A stretch of DNA of 32,000 nt from Deinococcus radiodurans R1 = ATCC 13939 = DSM 20539. GTDB lineage: Bacteria > Deinococcota > Deinococci > Deinococcales > Deinococcaceae. The position numbers and the translations under genes were made by a program. The notes under the pieces were generated by a model. It had not been told where the DNA came from and did not search any database. It worked only from the letters and a program-made list of their open reading frames with translations. The stretch is from assembly GCF_000008565.1 (NCBI RefSeq), contig NC_000958.1, forward strand, positions 60,001-92,000. Reading direction: 5' to 3'. Positions 22,675 to 31,148 of this stretch are shown piece by piece (positions within the stretch are counted from its first letter, which is position 1; the number at the start of each line of letters is the position of its first letter).

Positions 22675-25335
22675 ATGAAAGTGTCCAGATCTTTAGTTCT
22701 TTTGGGTCTTCTGACGTTGGCTGCCTGCGGTTCTACCCCTGGCAACACTTCTCCCCAGCCTTCGCCGATCGTAGCTCCTGCAAGGCAGTTACAGAGCTTT
22801 GGATTGTATGAATTGAGTGTCAATGGCGCTACGACTGCGGCGCCTGAGAGCAGAATTTTCAGGACTGGTCTGAGCTCTCAAACTAACGATATTCAAGGGC
22901 TTAAATTTACTCCTTTGTCGACGGGAACATACACCGATGAGTTGAGCCGCACACGTTATTTGCGCGCTTCGTTTAAGGTGAGTAACGAAACTGGACAACC
23001 CTTAACGGTTCCCACCTATGTCCCTGTCGATACGGATGGAAACGACGCTACTGTGGGGGCAACTCCATTTAAAGCGGTGCAGTACTTTGACGGGAGCGAT
23101 GCCAGCTCAAGAGCCTTAGAATTGCAGCTGGATACAGCACATCGGTTTAATAGTGCTACTGGCGCCAATGAAATAGATCTGGACGCTACCCCCCTAGTGA
23201 CCAAGCTTGATACCCGTGATCTGGTCATAAACCCGCCGCCTGGGACCACAATCGCACAGGTCTTTCATCAGGGCTGGCAAGGGCGACAGTTGGCTCCTGG
23301 AGGAACCCAGGTCGTCACTTTCGCTGCCCGACTGCCTATGGCTGCTGATTCAAAGCTAGATCCCTTTAGATTTAAGCTGATGTTTGCAGTGACAGATAAT
23401 CCTGCGCCTTTGCCTGATGATCAGATAGCACCAACAGTATCACTGACATTAGATCCCATCGAGTTGACGTCGGCAGGCTCCGTCACTTTTCGCGCCGCCG
23501 CTGAAGACAATGTCGGCATCCGGGACGTTACTTTTTATGATGGTGACAAACTCCTAGGGACTGTTACCGAGGCGCCTTATGAGTGGAAGTCCGCTTATAC
23601 AGCTGCCGATAACGGAGAGCACGTCATTCGTGCGGTTGCTACGGACACCAGTGGAAATACCGCGCAAACGACCAGTAGACTAAATATTAAAATCTCTACA
23701 GCAAATGTTCCATTTATTGGGAGTGGCCCGGCTGGTTTGATGGTCGATCTGATTCGTTCGAACCGTGGCGAAGGAGTCAGCGATTCTACAGTTCGTATCT
23801 ATCATAGTGGTGATCGCACAAAGGTGTTGGCTGAGACTCAAACTGATAAGAGTGGTTTTACTCAATTTCTGAATATTCCAGAAGGAACCTACGACTTAGT
23901 TTTCAGTAAAGCTAATGCGGCAGGTTCGGAATTTAATGGTGCAGTTGCAAAAGCGGGCGTCAATCAACGCCTCAAGATTGCCCAGTTTGATGCTCAGAAC
24001 CCTACAGCCGGGAAAGCAACGGCCAAGCTGGCTGTCCTGACGCCTACTGCCCTTGCTGCGGATGGAACTGCTGTGGATTGGAAAGTGCTGACTCCCGGCA
24101 CTGTAATGAACAACGATATTCAACTGAGGGCTTACACAACCGCTGAAAACCCAGCTCCACTTCAGCTCAAGTACCTGATGTTTTCGGTCGTGAATTTCGA
24201 TGCCACTGGGCAGATGACCGAACTGCGCAGTGCGCTGGCCAGTATTGATGCTGGCAAAGTGAATCCGGGCATGGAAAGTCAGGACAGCGGTCTGATGACG
24301 CTCGACACAGCCGGGCTTCAAGGCGATATTTATGTACAGGTCTCTTCGCTGGATTTTAATAACAACCGTTCGGCTTATTTGATCCCGGTTCGCCTTGAGC
24401 GGAGCAGTGCGCCCGGTGCTGTGACAGCGCCCACTGGAGTAAGCGCTATCGCCTATACCAACGGTGAACGCATCAACTACATTTATGGAGTCACTGACCC
24501 CAGCACTCAAGGAGAAGGTAAAAATATTTTCCCGGACACGAACAGCTGGGTGAGCGTGTCCTGGGATATGCCGAGTACCACTGCTGGCTTGACTGGCTTC
24601 CGCGTTCTGCGCGCGGTGGCGCCGCAAGGTCCATACAGTGAAGTGGCGTTTGCTGGTGTAGCGCAGTGCCGCACTTCGACCAAGCGTTGCACGGCCAGCG
24701 ATAATACTGCCACTCTGCAAGTCGGTCAGGACTATTACTACCGGGTTAAAGCTATCGGAAGTAACGAAGCCTTGAGTGCTACGCCATCACAGGCCAGCAC
24801 GCGGATTTTGCCTCCGTTTAAGCCACAGCTCCTCAGTCCGGGTTCGGAGCAGACGGATGTCAGTCTCCTCCCTGAGTACACGTTTAAGACCAATGCTTTT
24901 GAGGGTGGCGCCACGGGGCTGCGCTTTGATCTGCGCGTCAGCGACGCTTTTACTTCCGTCGGCAATACGGACGCGCCGCCCCTGCGCATTGTGGGCCAGG
25001 GCGGGACCTTCAAGGTGATCGGCGCCGATAACGACACCCGGGATTACGCCAAGTGGGTAACCTATGACGTGGCGAGTGACGTGGTCAAAGTCCCTCACGA
25101 CCTCACCCGGGTGCGCTCTGGCCTGGCGCCACAGCCGCTCCAGACGAATCGGCGGTACTCGTGGATGCTTCACCGCGCTTATACCTACCGTCTCCTTGAT
25201 CCAACTTTGCCGGAATCGACCACCAACCCTGTCGTGGCTTACTCGGTGTATAGCGACCCGGACACCACCAAGATTGTTCCCGGCGGCGTCACGCAGAGTG
25301 TCAGCACTGTCTACCACTTCATTACCCGGCCCTGA
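22675..25335 (+). CDS. 886-aa multi-domain lipoprotein (shared N-terminal domain, bacterial Ig-like domain, carboxypeptidase-regulatory-like domain, FN3-like domain, unknown C-terminal region)
   Basis: It has a lipobox, LLTLAA/C, and a GAGGA Shine-Dalgarno. Its N-terminal domain is paralogous to the other two lipoproteins (PVDTDG, F-K-A-V-Q-Y-F-D-G-S-D-A-S-S-R-A, DPFRFKLMFAVTDN). The Ig-like segment is APTVSLTLDP...AAAEDNVGIRDVTFYDGDKLLGT...PYEW...VIRAVATDTSGNT. Confidence 0.85.
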   Translation: MKVSRSLVLLGLLTLAACGSTPGNTSPQPSPIVAPARQLQSFGLYELSVNGATTAAPESRIFRTGLSSQTNDIQGLKFTPLSTGTYTDELSRTRYLRASFKVSNETGQPLTVPTYVPVDTDGNDATVGATPFKAVQYFDGSDASSRALELQLDTAHRFNSATGANEIDLDATPLVTKLDTRDLVINPPPGTTIAQVFHQGWQGRQLAPGGTQVVTFAARLPMAADSKLDPFRFKLMFAVTDNPAPLPDDQIAPTVSLTLDPIELTSAGSVTFRAAAEDNVGIRDVTFYDGDKLLGTVTEAPYEWKSAYTAADNGEHVIRAVATDTSGNTAQTTSRLNIKISTANVPFIGSGPAGLMVDLIRSNRGEGVSDSTVRIYHSGDRTKVLAETQTDKSGFTQFLNIPEGTYDLVFSKANAAGSEFNGAVAKAGVNQRLKIAQFDAQNPTAGKATAKLAVLTPTALAADGTAVDWKVLTPGTVMNNDIQLRAYTTAENPAPLQLKYLMFSVVNFDATGQMTELRSALASIDAGKVNPGMESQDSGLMTLDTAGLQGDIYVQVSSLDFNNNRSAYLIPVRLERSSAPGAVTAPTGVSAIAYTNGERINYIYGVTDPSTQGEGKNIFPDTNSWVSVSWDMPSTTAGLTGFRVLRAVAPQGPYSEVAFAGVAQCRTSTKRCTASDNTATLQVGQDYYYRVKAIGSNEALSATPSQASTRILPPFKPQLLSPGSEQTDVSLLPEYTFKTNAFEGGATGLRFDLRVSDAFTSVGNTDAPPLRIVGQGGTFKVIGADNDTRDYAKWVTYDVASDVVKVPHDLTRVRSGLAPQPLQTNRRYSWMLHRAYTYRLLDPTLPESTTNPVVAYSVYSDPDTTKIVPGGVTQSVSTVYHFITRP

Positions 25336-25352
25336 ATCCAAGGAGCATTTCT

Positions 25353-27587
25353 ATGAAAAGACTTTCTCTCGCGGCGCTCAGTCTTACTGTTCTTCTGGCG
25401 GCTTGCCAGCAGCAGAGCACCGTTGTCAATCCCCGCCCACCAGTGACCTCTTCACCGATGCAGGCCGGTGGCATTCCTACCCCTGACATTGATCCAGCGC
25501 GCATTATCCTCGACCCAAACAGCGGGGCCCAGTATGTCAGCGATCAATTGGTCGTCGGCCTGGGCGGGCTGGACTCCACAACCCTGGCAGCCCAGCTGGG
25601 GGCGACCGTCATAGACCGTTTGCCGCAGCTTGACGCTGTGGTGCTTCACCTCAGTGATGGAAGTGCTTTGCAAAAAGCCAGGCAGCTCAATGAAGAAGGC
25701 CGTGTCACGTTCGCAGCTCCCCAGCAAATTATGCAGATGGAACCCTATACGAAAAGTATTCGGGAGCCTGCATTATCGCCGCTGGCGGTCAATCAAGTGT
25801 TCGACGCTCTGCCGCAGTACGCATTGGATAGCGAGCATCTCAATGCCAAAGCAGCCTGGGACGCCGGCTTTACGGGACGTGGCGTGACTGTCGGAGTGAT
25901 TGACGATCCTGTTGATGTTTCACACCCTGACTTGCGAGCCAACTGGGCTGGGAAAGCGTACGATCCGAAGGCCGACAAGACCTATACGACAGTGCAAAGT
26001 TGGCTTGATGCGATTGATGCTTTCGGTTCAGTGCCGATGCCTGTAGACAATCAGGTGGACGAGAACATTGAGCACGGTACTGCCGTCACCTCCACTATCG
26101 CTGCCGCTCGTGATGGGCGAGGGGTCGTTGGAGTGGCGCCGGATGCCAAGTACCTCACGGCGGCCATGTTTCAGCCGGGGAGCGTCGGCTCTGCTGGTGT
26201 GGCGAAGGCCATCTTATGGATGGTAGATAATGGAGCAAAAGTCCTGAACAATTCCTGGGGCGGCGCTGGCTTTGACCCCCTGATCAAGGCTGCAATGGAC
26301 TACGCTCTGGAACGAAACGTCACTGTGGTAGTTTCCGCTGGCAATGAATCGCGTGAATATTATCAGCGGCCAGCGCTTTTTGCGGGGGTTATTCCTTCTG
26401 CGGCCCTGGCTGTCAATAATACTAAAGCGAGTTTCTCTTCTTTCGGGCGCCATATCAGTGTGGCTGCGCCTGGGACAGACATCCTCATGGCCTCACCGCT
26501 GTTCATTAATGACGATGGAACACGCAAATTGGGTGCCACTCCTCCAGATGGCAGTGGCTACGTCCTGATGAGTGGAACTTCCTTCTCTGGACCTTATACG
26601 GCAGCTACGGCAGCTCTGATTCTAGGTGCCCACCCAGAGCTCGACCCCTATCAAGTGCGGCGGCTGATGGAAGAGACGGCTGACGGAAGCGTCGGCGAAA
26701 ACCCCAATGGTTTTGACCGGGGGACAGGGTATGGCCGCATTCAACTGGGAGAACTGGCTCAACGTCTCCAAAGCGGTCCTATGCCGGCAAAAGGCGGCGC
26801 CCTTAAGGTACTGGTGCAATTTAAGAAAAGCGACGGCACCTTCGTGACTCAGACCCAGCCTTCAGACGTGATTATTGAAAAAGACGGTGAAAATGGGGCG
26901 ATTTACGGGGCGCAGACCAATGCCAAAGGTTTGGTCCAGTTCGCGGCGATGGCGCCTGGAACCTATACTCTTCGGGTGGGTGGCCCTGATCTGAAGGCTG
27001 ACACAGCGCTAAAGGAGCGAGGCAGTTATACGGGCAAAGTCACTATCACGTCCGGTACGACGTTGGCTGACGCCGAACCGATCGTGGTGACACTGGATAA
27101 AGGGTTCTATGAGCCCCCACCTCCTGTGGTCGATCCCTATGAGCCGAACGACAGTCTTGAAACGGCAACTCAAATTTCGATTGGTATGCGCACGCAGCCG
27201 GCGCTCATTTATAGGGAGAGCTGCTCTTCTTCCTGTACGCCAGTCAATGGAGATGTCGACTTTTACAAATTCAGCGGTACTGCTGGGCAAACTGTAGAAG
27301 TGGCTCTCTTTGATAAATATCACCCCACCGAAAAGATAGGCAATATGTGGGGAGTAATATACATTCGTGATTCAACCGGCAATCTTCTTAAGGATTCCGC
27401 TGGGAAAGTCATCCAACCGGGAATCGTTGACAACAAATTTACAGCTAAGCTGCCTACAGATGGGACCTACTATTTACAGGCTGGAACCTATCTCCATCTG
27501 AATCCGACCCAGGGAGAAAAGCCTTACACAGGAGGCTTTACAAATAGTAAGGATAACAAATATTTTATAGAACTGAAACTCAAATGA
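25353..27587 (+). CDS. S8 (subtilisin-family) serine protease lipoprotein with C-terminal PPC (pre-peptidase C-terminal) domain
   Basis: It has a lipobox, VLLAA/C, and an AAGGAG Shine-Dalgarno. Catalytic motifs are VGVIDDPVD (Asp), EHGTAVTSTIAA (His), NNSWGG and MSGTSFSGPYTAATAALIL (Ser). The PPC-like tail is YEPNDSLETAT...GDVDFYKFSGTAGQTVEV. Confidence 0.9.
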   Translation: MKRLSLAALSLTVLLAACQQQSTVVNPRPPVTSSPMQAGGIPTPDIDPARIILDPNSGAQYVSDQLVVGLGGLDSTTLAAQLGATVIDRLPQLDAVVLHLSDGSALQKARQLNEEGRVTFAAPQQIMQMEPYTKSIREPALSPLAVNQVFDALPQYALDSEHLNAKAAWDAGFTGRGVTVGVIDDPVDVSHPDLRANWAGKAYDPKADKTYTTVQSWLDAIDAFGSVPMPVDNQVDENIEHGTAVTSTIAAARDGRGVVGVAPDAKYLTAAMFQPGSVGSAGVAKAILWMVDNGAKVLNNSWGGAGFDPLIKAAMDYALERNVTVVVSAGNESREYYQRPALFAGVIPSAALAVNNTKASFSSFGRHISVAAPGTDILMASPLFINDDGTRKLGATPPDGSGYVLMSGTSFSGPYTAATAALILGAHPELDPYQVRRLMEETADGSVGENPNGFDRGTGYGRIQLGELAQRLQSGPMPAKGGALKVLVQFKKSDGTFVTQTQPSDVIIEKDGENGAIYGAQTNAKGLVQFAAMAPGTYTLRVGGPDLKADTALKERGSYTGKVTITSGTTLADAEPIVVTLDKGFYEPPPPVVDPYEPNDSLETATQISIGMRTQPALIYRESCSSSCTPVNGDVDFYKFSGTAGQTVEVALFDKYHPTEKIGNMWGVIYIRDSTGNLLKDSAGKVIQPGIVDNKFTAKLPTDGTYYLQAGTYLHLNPTQGEKPYTGGFTNSKDNKYFIELKLK

Positions 27588-27602
27588 CTTGAAAAATAAT
27601 AC

Positions 27603-27640
27603 AGCTGGTTGAACCTAAAAGTTCAACCAGCTTGTTTTTT
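27603..27640. terminator. Strong hairpin between convergent genes (bidirectional terminator candidate)
   Basis: AGCTGGTTGAAC (27603-27614) pairs with GTTCAACCAGCT (27621-27632) across a 6-nt loop. It is followed by TGTTTTTT (to 27640) and preceded by an A-rich tract. It overlaps the last codons of the minus-strand kinase gene. Confidence 0.75.
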
Positions 27641-28486
27641 AAGTAGCATTTCCTCTGTTTGCTCTATAACTTTTTCCCGCGTCGTTCCCTGCACGGTCAG
27701 TCGGCGCAGCAGCTCATTTACCGCCTGAGCGCTGGCCTGCCGGGTGCGCGCCAGCAGCGGCACGCCAGTGCATTCCCAAAGTGCCTGTACGCTGTCCGCT
27801 CGTGAAGGGTGGTGCGGCAGGCCAAAAACGAGCAGGGTGTCTAGAGTCGCAGGCGTCGTTGGTGGCGTGAGGGGCACCATCCATTTGCCGTAGGCGTCTT
27901 GCCCCTGCGCGGCGGCCCGGAGCCCCGGAGCGAAGCGGTCCAGACTGTCCGGGTAGGTTCGCAGGAAGCGGTCGAGTCCCAGCACCCGTCCTGACCCGGC
28001 GTGCACCCAGGTCTGGTCCTCGGCAAGCACGCTCAGGCCCGCTGCCGCCAGCCGCAGGGCCGCCGTGCTTTTGCCCGCGCCGCTTACGCCCGTGATGCCT
28101 ACCGCCCTACTTTCTCGCGCCACCGTCGCGGCGTGCAGGGGCAGCCAGCCGCTCAGGCGCTGCAACTCGGCCAGGGCCAGCAGCCAGGCAGCTTCAGAGG
28201 GAGCAGCCAGATGGACCGTCAGGCGCGGCGCGGCGGCGAGTTGCAAATGTAAGTGGTTCCCCAGCCACAGCTCGTCTCCCTGTGCCCAGATGTCGAGGAC
28301 TGTGTTGGAAACCATGATCTGCTGGGCGGGCACGTCCGGTTGGGGCGGTAACTCCCCAGGAAAACACATCACTTTGAGGGGCGTGTCCACCAGAGACACC
28401 GTTTGCCAGCGCTCCTGCAACTGCCGCTCCAGTTCAGTGGGTAAGCGTGCAGTCTCTAAGTCCAGCCCCAGCGAAAGCCAGGTCAC
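27623..28486 (-). CDS. HPr-kinase-like (HprK C-terminal domain-related) P-loop kinase of the kind found in lasso/RiPP clusters
   Basis: 287 aa with the Walker A segment GITGVSGAGKSTAALRLAAAGLSVLAEDQTWV. Its GTG start overlaps the stop of the upstream PqqD-like gene (GTGA), which suggests translational coupling. Confidence 0.8.
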   Translation of the reverse strand: MTWLSLGLDLETARLPTELERQLQERWQTVSLVDTPLKVMCFPGELPPQPDVPAQQIMVSNTVLDIWAQGDELWLGNHLHLQLAAAPRLTVHLAAPSEAAWLLALAELQRLSGWLPLHAATVARESRAVGITGVSGAGKSTAALRLAAAGLSVLAEDQTWVHAGSGRVLGLDRFLRTYPDSLDRFAPGLRAAAQGQDAYGKWMVPLTPPTTPATLDTLLVFGLPHHPSRADSVQALWECTGVPLLARTRQASAQAVNELLRRLTVQGTTREKVIEQTEEMLLKKQAG

Positions 28487-28734
28487 GACGGCTGCACGAG
28501 GCCGCGCTCGGCCAGAGCCGCCATCAAGCTCTGCACGTCGCGCAGGGCGTCTGCCGGCGCGAGGTCATAGGTGCGGGCCAGCAGCTCGCCCAGGGCCGTC
28601 TCGTCGGCGGGCAACGCGTTCCAGAGCAGTCTGCCGGTTTCGTTCAGGCTGAACATCACGCTGCGCACCGGCTCCATCAAAACGAGTTCGTCGCCGAGGT
28701 CGGTGGTCAGGACAGCCGAGTTGGGTTCCCACAT
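28483..28734 (-). CDS. PqqD-family protein (lasso B1 / RiPP recognition element)
   Basis: 83 aa: ...LGDELVLMEPVRSVMFSLNETGRLLWNALPADETALGELLARTYDLAPADALRDVQSLMAALAERGLV. This is the typical PqqD pattern (x-L-N-x-T-G ... W ... L ... D-V ... F/L ... L ... G-L). Confidence 0.85.
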   Translation of the reverse strand: MWEPNSAVLTTDLGDELVLMEPVRSVMFSLNETGRLLWNALPADETALGELLARTYDLAPADALRDVQSLMAALAERGLVQPS

Positions 28735-28740
28735 GCGGGC

Positions 28741-28746
28741 ATCATA
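28741..28746 (-). promoter_or_regulatory. -10-like box (TATGAT on the minus strand) 6 nt upstream of the PqqD-like start codon; candidate leaderless promoter
   Basis: The plus strand reads ATCATA at 28741-28746, GCGGGC at 28735-28740 and the start codon CAT at 28732-28734. There is no Shine-Dalgarno and no convincing -35. Confidence 0.35.
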
Positions 28747-28824
28747 GCGAGCGGGGTAAAAAAGCGCCGGAAAAGCCGTTGCTCTGGCTGAGCTGACAAG
28801 GCTCGAAAAGGGAAGCCGTCGGGG

Positions 28825-29199
28825 TCAACGCAGCGGCGCAAGCAGCGCATCATAGCTGAACACCCACTCCGGGTCCGTCGGCGTCCGCATCCAGCTGTTT
28901 TCGGAAGACACTTTTTGGACCTGCGCCACCCGCTCCGCCCGCGTCTGCTGGTAGTGGTCGTAGGCCGCCCCGGCAGCGGCACCGTACGCCCGCAAGCAGC
29001 GCACCAGCACCGCCGCGTCTTCGATGGCCATCGCCGCGCCCTGCGCCATGTGGGGCCGCATGGGGTGCCCGGCGTCACCCAGCAGCACCAGCGGCCCCCG
29101 GCTCCAGGTGGTGTCCGGCTCACGCTCGTGCAGCGGCCAGAGGCACACTTCCTTGGCGGCCTGCAAAATGGCCCGCGCCTCGGCGGGAACTTCATTCAG
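28825..29199 (-). pseudogene. C-terminal fragment of an FAD-dependent aromatic-ring monooxygenase (salicylate-hydroxylase-like)
   Basis: It contains the conserved C-terminal FAD motif LLGDAGHPMRPHMAQGAAMAIEDAAVL, but the N-terminal roughly 250 aa (GxGxxG Rossmann part) are absent. The homologous frame runs up to an in-frame stop at 29200-29202, 11 nt from the fruA stop. Confidence 0.7.
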
Positions 29200-29213
29200 T
29201 TAATTGCTGTGGG

Positions 29214-31010
<1,797 letters not shown>

Positions 31011-31033
31011 GGTGGGGCCTCCTGAAACATCTT

Positions 31034-31066
31034 CCGATTGAACCCGGTCATTCCGGATTCAATCCG
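31034..31066 (-). repeat. Imperfect 14-bp inverted repeat in the fruK-fruA intercistronic region
   Basis: CCGATTGAACCCGG (31034-31047) and CCGGATTCAATCCG (31053-31066) match 12 of 14 as reverse complements, separated by 5 nt. The repeat lies about 25-55 nt upstream of the fruA start. Confidence 0.4.
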
Positions 31067-31148
31067 ACTTGAAAAGCTGAGCAGCAGAGCGGCTGCGAGT
31101 AGAAACAAATTCGTAGGAAAGGGGGAGAGAGGACTGGAAAAGGACGAA

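Larger units (their letters stand above)
21500..27680. other. Lower-GC block (putative horizontally acquired or recombined segment) with approximate boundaries
   Basis: By eye, composition drops from mid/upper-60s %GC to about 50% near 21490-21500, and A/T-ending codons become frequent. It returns to high GC near 27675-27690. The block contains an AT-rich 485-bp intergenic region at 21963-22447. Confidence 0.65.
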
